Positions 31,556-44,389 of a stretch of 64,000 nucleotides of DNA are shown in pieces (within the stretch, counting starts at the first letter, position 1; each line of letters opens with the position of its first letter). The notes under the pieces were generated by a model. The model searched no databases, was not told where the DNA came from, and saw only the letters and a list, made by a program, of their open reading frames with translations. Source of the DNA: Eledone cirrhosa (taxonomy: Eukaryota); contig OZ024753.1 in the NCBI GenBank assembly GCA_964016885.1, positions 10,664,001 to 10,728,000 of the forward strand. Direction: 5' to 3'. Both the position numbers and the translations under genes were made by a program.

Positions 31556-32611
31556 AAAAATCGTTCAAAAATTAAGTTTCGATACGGGTGTAATATTCAA
31601 CCAACATCATGTGGAAGACTTGAAAAGAAGTGGACACCTTAAAGTAGCTAGGAGATTCTGCCAGAACGAAGAATAAATAAACTAGCAGATTCACGGTGAC
31701 AGGAACATGACGAATTTACAACAAAGCTCGGGGATATCTTGAAGGTAACTAGAAATATATTATTTACAAACTTAAATAATAATACACTATTTAATATGGC
31801 CGAGAAATATGTGGTTTTGTACTACATTAGAATGAAATGTGTGGCAAAACCTAACATTTAAATAATTATTGCATTCTGGAAGGAAATATACGTAAAATGT
31901 TTCAATAAAACTTTACTTTACCTCCGTAAAAATGGTAAAAATCCAATTTTTTTTTCCACGTTGGAAAACATGAAGTTCTTCAAGCACCATCTTATTTTTT
32001 CTAAGAGTTACCTAAGTACGCATGTGCTGAAAAGGTAGACAGCAATGTGCATGCGCAAAGTGTTTATGTGAAGTTTTCGGCTTTAGAATCGTGAGTTCGA
32101 TTTTCAGACCGGTCTTGAGCAAGACACTTCAAAAGCATAAATTTCATATAGATTTTTTTTTTTTTACACTTTCAAAAATACACTTGAAGTTTTCAGCTTT
32201 ACAATCGTGAGTTCGATTTTCTTGAGCAAGACACTTTATTTCACGTTGCTACAAATCACTCAGCAGTAGAAATTAATTAGACATCAGTGGAGCTACACCC
32301 ACTGTTGACAACAAAATGTTTCTCTCTACGTAGAAGAGGACACGTGTGTAAGAAAAATGTAGATTCCGTTTTATTTCTTGGAAGAAAAAACAAATATATG
32401 TATAGAAAAGAGGGTTTTGTGTTTCAAGACTATCTGCGAATTTTGACAATAAAGAAAGTATGTCTATATTGTCAAGATGGCTTAGTTCCGTTTCTTAGAA
32501 CGATCTTTAGAAGAGGTAACACCATTTGTATGTGTAGTTTAAAAGAAAGCATGTGTCGATGTGCCAGGAAGCCACATTAAATAAAACATAAACACGATAT
32601 GCCAGATGTGA

Positions 32612-33128
32612 GAGTTATTGACATAAAGTGTGTATCTTATAAAATGTATGTGTATAGAGAGAAGGTTTAGTTTCTTAGATAGTCCTAATATACAGCAAAG
32701 AGGGTTATTGACATAAAGTGTGTATCTTATAAAATGTATGTGTATAGAGAGAAGGTGTAGTTTCTTAGATAGTCCTAGTATACAGCAAAGAGAGTTATTG
32801 ACATAAAGTGTGTATCTTATAAAATGTATGTGTATAGAGAGAAGGTTTAGTTTCTTAGATAGTCCTAATATACAGCAAAGAGGGTTATTGACATAAAGTG
32901 TGTATCTTATAAAATGTATGTGTATAGAGAGAAGGTGTAGTTTCTTAGATAGTCCTAGTATACAGCAAAGAGAGTTATTGACATAAAGTGTGTATCTTAT
33001 AAAATGTATGTGTATAGTGAGAAGGTTTAGTTTCTTAGATAGTCCTAATATACAGCAAAGAGAGTTATTGACATAAAGTGTGTATCTTATAAAATGTATG
33101 TGTATAGAGAGAAGGTTTAGTTTCTTAT
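32612..33128. repeat. 90-bp tandem repeat, ~5.7 units, with an alternating A/B (180-bp) pattern
   Basis: Direct; gagttattgacataaagtgtgtatc... Confidence 0.95.
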
Positions 33129-33789
33129 ATTAGTCCTCGTGTACATCAAAGAAAACATTACATACCTCTTTACATGAGAAAAATATCCAAACTGATTTTC
33201 TTTCAAACAACCGGAAGTCAATTGAAAAAAAGAGAAGAGTTACATAAAGGGAGATAACTCTAATAACATTTTTGAGCAAAAGGGGGCAAGACGAATTCTT
33301 CGCGTGCATATAGCCAGCCTGCAAATAGTCCCAGCCGCCGTAGCCACGTGCACACCACAACGATTCGAACGTCCGACACATAGTATGGAAACGACACATA
33401 CATATTTAAAGGACGAAGTCCGAGCCGCTGCGCGCATCGCCACGCCAAGCAGCAATTCTACTAAGTAAATTAGTCATACTTATAGGTAAAATTTTGTTTA
33501 TTTTTTAAAAAAAATATATAGAAACGGAAAGAAAGGGAGGTATCACGTCTCAAAATATATTTCGTGTGTTATCTCACTCTCATTCCGTTTCTATATATAA
33601 AGTAATTTTGAACATATATACGGAACAATTTTTATGGAAATAAATATACTTATGTCAAGTTGGTAACATATATATTACAGGTAGATCTGTTTCTGGAAAT
33701 AAGATGCAAACCTTAGGTATACAAGTGCCAAAACGTATAGATGTGTCAAAACTGCAAAGTTTAGAAATGCACTTGACAGCGTCGTCTTT

Positions 33790-34770
33790 GGTGGAACTTG
33801 GGAAGAGTTTAAAACAGAAGTTTATAGTGTTGGGGCTGATGAACTTTATATTAAGAAGACAAAACACAAAGACTGGTTCGATGACAAGAATAAGTTTTAT
33901 CAGAAGTACCTTGTTGCAGAGGGTCCAGTGAAGACCACTTTTGAGAAAGCCTTCAAAGAAGCAAAATAAAACACGAAAGGTAAAGATGATATGATGGTCT
34001 GAAGTTTCAGCAAAGATGAACCTGGCTTATAACTGAAGAGATCTGAAGGTTGGATCATTCATCATCTCTGTTACAATCACATTTTGCAGCAGTCCATTAA
34101 TAATTTCCGCATCAATTACAGATGGGTTGTCAGAGATGAAGAGGCGTAAAACTGAAGAGACCTGAAGGCAGATTTTTGGTCCACAACTCTCAAAAATATA
34201 TATGTATAAACATTTATTTAAGATGGGAACCTCCGCATCAAAGATCCATCAGGTATCATGAGTCGGGAGATTGAACTCTCTAAAGATCTGTTTGACAACT
34301 CATCTGTAGTTGATGAGGAAATTATTAAGGGACTGCCACAAAGGGAGACTGTAACAGAGATGATGGATGATCCAACCTTTGATGAGATAAGGTTTACTAT
34401 CAAAGAGATATCTTCAATTTGGGATAGCATACCTGTTGAGCTGATTCGCTTTAGAGGAAACAATGTTACTATGGCCATTCATGGGCTAGTCTTATCTTTA
34501 TGGCATGGTGAGCCTCTCCCGCGAGACTGGGTAGATGCAATTTTGCTCTCGATTTTCAAGGGCTCCAAGTCGGAATGTGGTGATTATCGTGGTATAAGTC
34601 TGCTCAAATCGGTAGGAAAATCTTATCCAAGGTTTTGCTGAATCGTTTAATAAAATGGTTCTGCCCTGGTCCCATCCCTGAGAGCTAGTGTGGATTCAGA
34701 TCTGGGTGGGGTACTATGGACATGATTTTCTCAGTCAGGCAGCTTATGGAGAAGTGTGCTGAGCAGCAGA
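33790..34770 (+). pseudogene. RTE-clade LINE ORF fragment (pre-RT and RT N-terminus)
   Basis: DDPTFDEI...DWVDAILLSIFKGSKSECGDYRGISLL...CGFRSGWGTMDMIFSVRQLMEKC. Confidence 0.9.
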
Positions 34771-34899
34771 ATTACACGAAGTACACATCAATGCGTAAAG
34801 TATTTATGTGAAGACATCCTGAGTTCGATTCTCAGACCGGGCTTTGCGGTGTGTTCTTGAGCAAGACACTTTATTTCACGAGGCTCCAAATCACTCAGC

Positions 34900-35210
34900 A
34901 AGATGCAGAGGGGTTATAATTGAAGAGACTTGAAGGCATTATACAGCACAATAAGGCAGATATTGGGTCCACAACCCTCAAAAAAATATATATTTATTTA
35001 AGATGGGAACCTCCTCATCAAAGATCCATCAGGTATCATGAGTAGGTGGATTGAACACACTAAAGATCTGTTTGACAACCCATCTGTAGTTGATGAGGAA
35101 ATTATTAATGGACTGCTGCCAAAAGAAACTGTAATAGAGATGATGAATGATCCAACCGTTGATGATATAAGGTTAACGATCAAAGAGATAAACATCGGGA
35201 AATCTCCAGT
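34900..35210 (+). pseudogene. Second copy of the RTE fragment
   Basis: Duplicate of 34135-34410 (DLFDNPSVVDEEIINGL). Confidence 0.85.
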
Positions 35211-36203
35211 AAATGGTTCTATGTTACATAGGTTAATAGTTAAAGAGATAACGATCTAATTAAAGCTGATCAACAGTTAATATTTGATAACTTCTGTTTT
35301 ATGACCTAAATGAGAGGGGGGTAACATCTACCCTGAACAAAGACGACAGATCTCAAAAGATTCTGGTTAATATTAATAACCTGAATATAACAATCAACAT
35401 CATGTGTGACTGCAGATAGTCCTCCAAAACGAATTTACAACAAAACACGAGGATATCATGAAGGGAACTAGAAATGTATTATTTACTAACTTAAATAATA
35501 ATAAACAAAATACGCTATTTCGTATGGCAGAAACTAAACAAACCTACTGTTTAAATAATTATTGCTGACATTATGGAGGGAAATCAACATAAAATGTTTC
35601 AATAAAACTTTACATTACCTCCGTAAAAATGGTAAAAATCCAAGTTTTTTTATCCGAAGTTCTTCAAGCAGCCACCTTATTTTTCTAAACAGAGTTACCT
35701 AAGTACGCATGTGCCGAAAATGTAGACAGCAATGCGCATGCGCAAAGTGTTTATGTAAAGACTTCGGCTTTACAATCGTGAGTTCGGTTTTCAGACCGGT
35801 CTTGAGCAAGACACTTTATTTCACGTTGCTCCAAATCACTCAAACATCAGTGGTGTGGAACTACACCCACTGTTGACAACGAATTGTTTCTCTCTATACA
35901 AGAGGGCACGTGTGCTAGAAATGAATGTGAAAGAAATAGAAAAGATAAACATGTAGCTGTATATAAAGGTTTCGTGTTGTTTCTAGGATGAAAAAAAGAA
36001 ATGTATTTTCCTGTATATAGAAGGTTTGTAATATTTCTTAGTAGAAAATATATAGCTCCATATGTATCTCTCTATAAATCGAAAAATCACCGTTTTATTA
36101 CTTGAATAAAAACTTCACCACCCCTCGACCACAAAACAAACCCCGGCAGCTAAAAACGAAACCTCGCTGTTCGTCAACAAAAGCGAAACGTCATCATATA
36201 TAT

Positions 36204-37320
36204 ACTAGCTAGAAAAATGCGTACAGCAAAAAAAAGTAATATTGTTGGAACAAACCTTTAAAAATACAGGACAAGGAAGTAAGATAAACCTTTAAAAATA
36301 CAGGACAAAGAACTAAGATAAAACTTTAAAAGAATAGGACAAGGAATATAAATTTTTACAATAATATTAGTGGCAAAATTCAATTGGTAAAAAATTGAGT
36401 TTCCATCATTACACCAATTACAACTATGATGTTCCGCATGCATCCACTCCAACCATGATCACTTGTCTGTCATCTTTCCCGGTCCAACTCCTCGCGGATG
36501 ACCCGGCGCAACTCGGACTGGGTCGGAGCAGGAACTGGAGGGGGAGAGGGAGGGGTACGGGTCTTGACTCTGGGACGATGACGGCGAGTGACCAAGGTGA
36601 ATGGGCCCGTGTTCGACTCGGAATCCTGCTGGTCCTCGATGACACTTTGAGGCACGGTTGACGGTTCCGGACTGGCTTCATGGGCAGTGGTAGAAGGGCA
36701 GGTGGATAGGGCAGAGTGCTTCTTCCTGGGAGAGCACTTGAAGCAGGTGAAGCCGGCGCCGGACTCGTTGAACCACTTCCAGACAGCACTGGGCATGTTG
36801 GCGCAGCAATGATGAAAGTTGAAGCAGGCGACGAGGGGGGAGGAGGTGGAGGCGTTGGTGCAGGAGCAACAGACTGCTGATTTGGGAGTCATTGTAGCTG
36901 GGGGATGCAGGCGCTGAGGGGGCTCGAGTAGAAGGGAAGAACAGAAATGAACCATGATGACTTTTCCTACATTTTTCCTGGCCCACTTCCTCATGAACCA
37001 ATGAACCAGTTGGTACAACTCGGACTTGGAGGAGGAACACAAGACAGGGATCAATTTCATTGTATTGATATTTCTCATTAAGTAATTTCATGTTACTCAA
37101 ATAAATCACTTTTATTTGATCAATTATCTATTTTTCCAATAAAATTTTTGCCACTAATATTATTGTAAAAATTTATATTCCTTGTCCTATTCTTTTAAAG
37201 TTTTATCTTAGTTCTTTGTCCTGTATTTTTAAAGGTTTATCTTACTTCCTTGTCCTGTATTTTTAAAGGTTTGTTCCAACAATATTACTTTTTTTTGCTG
37301 TACGCATTTTTCTAGCTAGT
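36204..37320. repeat. 175-bp near-perfect inverted repeats (36204-36378 / 37146-37320)
   Basis: actagctagaaaaatgcgtacagc...tggcaaaa and its reverse complement. Confidence 0.92.
36440..36895 (-). pseudogene. LINE ORF1 fragment with PHD-like finger (CR1/L2-like)
   Basis: CCSC...C.NFHHCC...WF...FTCFKC Cys/His pattern, then ELRRVIREELDRER and a frameshifted VIMVGV. Confidence 0.65.
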
Positions 37321-37789
37321 TTCCTATTTTTCAAGGCAATGCAAACAACAACTACTTAATTAAATAGTTATTACTTTAGTTACTTCTATCAAAAAATCCC
37401 AAAAATGATGTTAATGAAAACTATAGGTGAAAGTGAAGCTATTCTTTTGTGACCTCTTAGTTACTTGTACCAATTTTGAATTTAATTCAAGCTACAGTGT
37501 CAGCCTGTGCATTGGAGTCACAGAAATAAGTTGAGATATTTTATCTAATTGGTACAAGCATCCACTCCACATGGCGGGGACATAGGTCAGATCGTGGAGC
37601 ACTCACCTATCTTAAAAATATTAACTTATGATAAATAAGAGTCATTTAAGAAAATACAATTTTTTTTAATTAGTAGGTGAGCATTAACAACTGAATCTAA
37701 ATGGAGCAAATTTGCACCATTTGCATTTAGTTGAAAATAACATTTTAATTAAACATGACAAATTCTAATGCAATAGAAGGCAAATATCA

Positions 37790-38060
37790 ATTTTCACATG
37801 CAAATTTTTTTGGGATTTTTTTCACGCGCGCCATTTTTGGTCGATTTTTTGTCAATTTTTCACATGCAAATTTTTTTGGGTTTTTTTGATTTTTTTTCAC
37901 GCGCGCCATTTTTGTCGATTTTTTGTCAATTTTTCACATGATAATTTTTTTTTGGATTTTTGGATTTTCTTCACGCACGCCATTTTTGTCGATTTTTTGT
38001 CAATTTTTCACATGATAATTTTTTTTGGATTTTTGTATTTTCTTCACGCGCTTTTTGGTA
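37790..38060. repeat. ~72-76 bp tandem repeats (tttttcacatg...cgccatttttgtcgattttttgtcaa), 3-4 units
   Basis: Direct; continues the 3' end of the 2A-containing ORF. Confidence 0.85.
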
Positions 38061-38633
38061 TGCATTATTCATATGTTTTGCTTGTTCTGATTGTCTTTTT
38101 TCTTTTATTTCAGCAGCTTTCCGTTTTTTATACTCCCTATTCCTAATGGCATTTTTTCTCCGTTTTTCATTCTCTTTATGAATTTTTTGATCTTTGGGAC
38201 ATTCGGAAGCACTATCAGTCTCATTGAATTCAAATTCAGGTCCAGGATTTAATTCAACACAACCGATAATAAGCAATGATAAGATCAGTGCACGTGTTCT
38301 ATATTTCTGATTGGAAATCGGGTAAATTCGTTTATTGGATTTGTAAAAAGCCGCCTGAATGTGAATTTCATCATTCGAATTGCCCGATTGTGGAATTGTT
38401 TCATTCGAAATGGAAATATTGCATTTTCGCGCCAGGCAAAAAAGTAATAAGCCGATCAAAAAGCCGCGAAACGTATATGGTGACTTTTTTCGAAAGCCGC
38501 GAAACGTATGAAGTGACCTTTTGCGATTTTTTTTGCGACCATTTTGGCGAGACTTTTGCAGGGAAACAAATTTTTCATTTGTAATAGTCAAAATAAATAA
38601 GCCGATAAAAAAGCCGAGAGACGTCATTTTCAT
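37971..38633 (-). CDS. Orphan 220-aa ORF with 2A-like motif and charged coiled-coil; probably the N-terminal remnant of a transposon ORF (Helitron/Helentron-like?)
   Basis: RALILSLLIIGCVELNPGP followed by a K/E/R-rich segment; ends in frameshifted repeats. Confidence 0.45.
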   Translation of the reverse strand: MKMTSLGFFIGLFILTITNEKFVSLQKSRQNGRKKNRKRSLHTFRGFRKKSPYTFRGFLIGLLLFCLARKCNISISNETIPQSGNSNDEIHIQAAFYKSNKRIYPISNQKYRTRALILSLLIIGCVELNPGPEFEFNETDSASECPKDQKIHKENEKRRKNAIRNREYKKRKAAEIKEKRQSEQAKHMNNAYQKAREENTKIQKKLSCEKLTKNRQKWRA

Positions 38634-38959
38634 ATGTCAAATGAGCACACTATTCGCACCTATCGCAAATGAGTTCACTACTCGCACCTATCGGTACAAA
38701 AAATAGCACAACTATTCACAACTATTAGTACAAATCCAAATGATTTTCTGAATTTCTAGTATATCAATCAGCGACTGCTTTGAAAGAGAACAATGCAGTG
38801 AGTGATTACTCATTTGAATATAAATAGAAGACAACCTCAACTAGTTTGCAACGTGTGACCACTTATCGCGAGATAGGAGAACATAATAGCTCCTAATTAG
38901 CTCAATGATTAATGTTTACTGCCACATTGTATCAACATTTAAAATTCAAATTCAAAAAA

Positions 38960-39896
38960 ATAACCGCAGTCACTGGGGGGGGGGGGGGTTCAAATAACCA
39001 CCGCACCCCGAATAACCGCAGTCACTAGGGGGGGTTCGAATAAGACCCTCACCCCAAATAACAGCAGTCACTGGGGGAGGGTTCGAATAAGCGCCTCACC
39101 CCGAATAATCGCAGTCACTGTGGGGGGGGGGGGGTTCGAATAAGCGCCGCACCCCGAATAATCGCAGTCACTGGGGGAGGGTTCGAATAAGCGCCGCACC
39201 CCGAATAATCGCAGTCACTGGGGGGAGGGTTCGAATAAGCGCCGCACCCCGAATAATCGCAGTCACTGGGGGGAGGGTTCGAATAAGCGCCTCACCCCGA
39301 ATAATCGCAGTCACTGGGGGAGGGTTCGAATAAGCGCCGCACCCCGAATAATCGCAGTCACTGGGGGGAGGGTTCGAATAAGCGCCGCACCCCGAATAAT
39401 CGCAGTCACTGGGGGAGGGTTCGAATAAGCGCCGCACCCCGAATAATCGCAGTCACTGGGGGAGGGTTCGAATAAGCGCCGCACCCCGAATAATCGCAGT
39501 CACTGGGGGAGGGTTCGAATAAGCGCCGCACCCCGAATAATCGCAGTCACTGGGGGAGGGTTCGAATAAGCGCCGCACCCCGAATAATCGCAGTCACTGG
39601 GGGGAGGGTTCGAATAAGCGCCGCACCCCGAATAATCGCAGTCACTGGGGGAGGGTTCGAATAAGCGCCTCACCCCGAATAATCGCAGTCACTGGGGGAG
39701 GGTTCGAATAAGCGCCTCACCCCGAATAATCGCAGTCACTGGGGGAGGGTTCGAATAAGCGCCGCACCCCGAATAACCGCAGTCACTGGGGGGAGGGTTC
39801 GAATAAGCGGGGGGGGGGGGTTCGAATAAGCGTCTCACCCCGAATAATCGCAGTCACTGGGGGAGGGTTCGAATAAGCGCCGCACCCCGAATAACC
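38960..39896. repeat. 45-46 bp GC-rich minisatellite (cagtcactgggggagggttcgaataagcgccgcaccccgaataatcg)
   Basis: Direct, ~19-20 units. Confidence 0.95.
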
Positions 39897-39899
39897 CCT

Positions 39900-40200
39900 T
39901 ATCCTCCTCTGACCGGTCCCAAGAGATGCATCAAATGCACAGAGCGTCACCCTTACTCACTCACTTACTCACTTGAACACAGTTTTTTTCAGCAAACTTT
40001 GATCATAACTTTTTTTGTGCTGAACGAAATTTCGAGATTTTTAGCTTAAGAGATGTGCAATGATTTACTCTCCATGCTCATATAACTTTCATGTGATTTT
40101 GATAATCGGAAGACATTCTAATAATGCTGTAAAGAGACGATTGCCAACGAAATCACTAAGACAACAATATTACTAAACCGACTACCGTCGGTTTAGGATC
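39900..40200. mobile_element. Possible Helentron/HINE-like terminus
   Basis: (CACT)n tract at 39950-39973 and 10-bp stem hairpin ctaaaccgac-tacc-gtcggtttag at 40173-40196. Confidence 0.35.
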
Positions 40201-40248
40201 TATATTTATATCTATCTATATCTATCTCTATCTATATATATATATATG

Positions 40249-40310
<62 letters not shown>

Positions 40311-40946
40311 TATATGTATACATATGTATATGTATATATATACATATGTATATATATATATAGGTATATATATATATACATATGTATATATATACATATG
40401 TATATATATATATAGGTATATATATATATACATATGTAAATATATATATATATATACATATGTATATATATATATATATACATATGTATATATATATATA
40501 TATACATATGTATACATATATACATACATATATACATACATATGTATATATACATTTGTATATATATATACATATATTTGTATATATATATATATACACA
40601 TATGTTTATATATATATATATACATATATGTATATATATATATATATACATATGTATATATATATATATATACATATATGTATATATATATATATACATA
40701 TGTATATATATATATACATATGTATATATATATATATACACATATGTATATATATATATATATACATATATGTTTATATATATATATACATATGTGTATA
40801 TATATATACATATGTATATATATATATATACATATGTATATATATATACATATATATGTATATATATATACATATGTATATATATATATACATATATATG
40901 TATATATATATACATATGTATATATATATACATATGTATATATATA

Positions 40947-41014
<68 letters not shown>

Positions 41015-41088
41015 CATATATATATGTATATATATATATATGTATATATATATATACATATATATATGTATATATATATATACATATG

Positions 41089-41136
<48 letters not shown>

Positions 41137-41142
41137 CATATG

Positions 41143-41190
<48 letters not shown>

Positions 41191-41587
41191 TACATTTGTA
41201 TATATATATACATATGTATATATATATATATATATACATATGTATATATATATATACATATGTATATATATATACATATGTATATATATACATATCTATA
41301 TATATTTATACATATACATATGTATTTATATATACATATGTATATATATGTATATATATATATATATACATATGTATATATATATATACATATGTATATA
41401 TATGTATATATACATATATACATTTGTATATATATATATACATATGTATATATACATATATACATTTGTATATATATATATACATATGTATATATATATA
41501 CATATGTATATATATATATATACATATATATATATACATATGTATATATATATACATATATATATATACATATGTATATATATATAC

Positions 41588-41618
<31 letters not shown>

Positions 41619-41826
41619 CATATGTATATATATATATACATATATATATATATGTATATATACATATATACATTTGTATATATATATATACATATGTATA
41701 TATATATATACATATGTATATATATATACATATACATATATACATTTGTATATATATACATATGTATATATATATACATATGTATATACATATACATATG
41801 TATATACATATATATATACATATATA
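40201..41826. repeat. (TA)n/(TG)n/TACATATG compound microsatellite
   Basis: Direct. Confidence 0.97.
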
Positions 41827-42257
41827 TGCCCCAGGGGACAGTCCTGGGACCACTACTGTTTTTGGTGGCTCTCTCGAACATGCCCTCTGTGGTGCATGCA
41901 ACAACATCCCCCACTAGCTACGCTGATGACACTAAGGTAGCACAGGCAATCAAAAACCCGGCTGACGCTGCCCTTTTACAGCAGGATCTGGATGCCATAT
42001 ACAGATGGGCGGAAGAAAACAACATGCAGTTTAATGCTGGCAAATTCCAAGCCCTACAATACAAACCTGCAAACACAAATATAGTGGAACACAGCTACAC
42101 AGGACCAGGAGGGACCGATATCCCCGTGTCAAAATCGATACGAGACCTGGGCAAAGGCATGAGCGATGATGCATCTTTTTCTTCACACATCATGAAAGTG
42201 GCGACAATGTGCAGACGACTCGCTGGCTTGATCTTGAGGACTTTCCGGACAAGAGAT
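41826..42257 (+). pseudogene. CR1/L2-like LINE RT fragment
   Basis: [12 protein letters not shown]...SYADDTKV...[25 protein letters not shown]...RDLG. Confidence 0.92.
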
Positions 42258-42955
42258 CGCTGTGGAATCTGTGCTTGTTTATGGCTCTGTTATCCTCCGG
42301 ATCCGCGAACCACACAAATGTCGCTGCAGATCCACCGTGGGCTCTTTCGGCCTCCACCCGCCTTCTTGTCGCTACAGTGCCGGCCGCCTTCCATGCCATG
42401 CTTCCCTCAACGAGATCAGAAAGCATGGCTTGGATGCTGCAGGCTTCCCCTCCAAGCTTTAGCCAGTGGGATTGGACCGGGGAGACGGTAAAAGGCCAGA
42501 CGGTATGACCATCTTCCCGTTCCCCGGTGGCAAACCCCTCGTCTGGGATGCTACTTGCAGCGACACTTTCTCAAGCCGCAACCTGGTGCAGTCTGCGACT
42601 AACCCAGGTTCTGCTGCACTTCGGGCTGAGGAGGGCAAACTCTCCAAGTATCGGTCGCTCTCCGACAGGTTGCGGTCGTGCCCTTGGCAGTGGAGACTTC
42701 TATTGTCCTTGGCCCTAGGACTACCTCCCTATTCCCCACCATATGCGCTGAGCTGGCCAGCCGCAGGTGTGTGCCTCGCGAGATGGAATGGCTTTTCCAG
42801 TTCATCTCCCTTACCATCCTCTGGGGAAACGCCTTCTCCATTCTTATCCGCCGGGGCTGTGGAGCGGCCACCAGGTGGGACCCCATTTGCTTACTATACA
42901 GAGAGATGGGGAGGGCGAGTGAAATGGAGGCGATGACAGTGGGAGTTCGGCGAGC
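42258..42955 (+). pseudogene. CRE-like non-LTR zinc-knuckle/restriction-like endonuclease fragment
   Basis: [17 protein letters not shown]; [30 protein letters not shown]; PLAVETS...LFQFISLTILWGNA. Confidence 0.88.
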
Positions 42956-43383
42956 CTTCCGTGTTCGGACACATTGCACCTGTCAAGAGTGTGTTTTCAG
43001 ATTAACACATCTTCCCAAACAGACTTTAGAGTATTGTACAAACCCCAGGAATATGTGATTGAGATATTGTTTTAATTCTATTCACTTTTCCTATGCCATC
43101 AATTTTTTTTATAACCTAGTCCTACTATTAAGATTCAACTCTTTATGGTTTAGATTATTTTTGCCTTCCATCTTTTCTGAACCGATATAAGTACCAGTCA
43201 TACACTGGTGTATTGTACAGTCCAATGAATATTTAGTCATTAATTCTGATTTGCTCTTTGAGGAGTAAAAATGACTCCAAATCTGCCCTGGGGTATGGAG
43301 GTAATAAAATACAATGCGTGCGTGATTACTTATACTACGATTTAGTTCAGTAGTATCGAACTGTTTTTTCTCTCTCTTTCCCA

Positions 43384-43488
<105 letters not shown>

Positions 43489-43745
43489 ACATCTTTGTTT
43501 CTTTCATTCCATTTCACTCTTGTGTAGTCCCGTCTTTACATCAGAGTCTTCTGTCTGTCGTGTTACATTATATCACAAGAAATGAGGAATTTTTCATTAA
43601 ATACCTTCAACGAAAGCAGATTCTTTAATATTCAGATATGATTATTAGACAGAAAGTATTCAGTCTTTGTAGTGAGATATTGTAATGTAAAACATCAGAT
43701 TATATTAAGACAAACATTAATTTTCTTTTTCGCTTTTTTTCTATG

Positions 43746-43919
43746 TACTGTATTTCCCGGCGCCGAAGACGCTTCGTCCACGAGGACGTACCCTAATTTT
43801 GACAACCAAAAATTTGAAACAAAATAATAAACAACCTTCGGCCTCCAGGACGCCTGGTAAATTTATTAGACTTATTTTATGGAAAAAAAGTAGCATCTTC
43901 GACGCCGGGAATTACGGTA
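43746..43919. mobile_element. Tc1/pogo-like MITE with TA TSD
   Basis: TA|CTGTATTTCCCGGCGCCGAAGA ... TCTTCGACGCCGGGAATTACGG|TA; second copy at 59169-59341. Confidence 0.8.
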
Positions 43920-44025
43920 CATACTTTGTATTTTGTGTCTGGCAAGTTATATAACCGGGTTAATATACAAAGTCTGAGATATAATTTCGTTTCTCGGCTG
44001 AAATAGTTTCAATTGTTTGGCTTGG

Positions 44026-44277
44026 CTTGGCCCAAGGTTTACCTCCCTACTCACCCCCATTGGCGCTGAGCTGGCTAACCGCAGGTGTGAGCCCAGCGAG
44101 ATGGAATGGCTTTTCCAGTTCATCTCCCTTACCATCCTCTGGGGAAACGCCTTCTCCATTCTTATCCGCCGGGGCTGTGGAGCGGCCAGCAGGTGGGACC
44201 CCATTTTCATACTATACAGAGAGATTGGGGGGGGGGGGGGCGAGTGAAATGGAGGCGATGACAGGGGGAGTTCGGAA
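44026..44277 (+). pseudogene. Duplicate of the CRE-like RLE 3' end
   Basis: Near-identical to 42708-42950. Confidence 0.85.
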
Positions 44278-44389
44278 TGGCTCTTCCAGTGTATCTCCTG
44301 TTATGGATGTGAGAGAGAAGGATGGGCCACAGCGGGCCTGAAGACCAGCCTGGCCCGTTCATTCTTTAGGACACTGGATAAATGCTTCC

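Larger units (their letters stand above)
26214..35974. repeat. Large imperfect foldback: left arm ~26214-27947 mirrored by ~33200-35974, with an extra inverted copy at ~31710-32300
   Basis: 27215-27947 = rc of 33200-33788; 26214-26812 = rc of 35263-35974; 26985-27105 = rc of 34785-34898. Confidence 0.8.
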
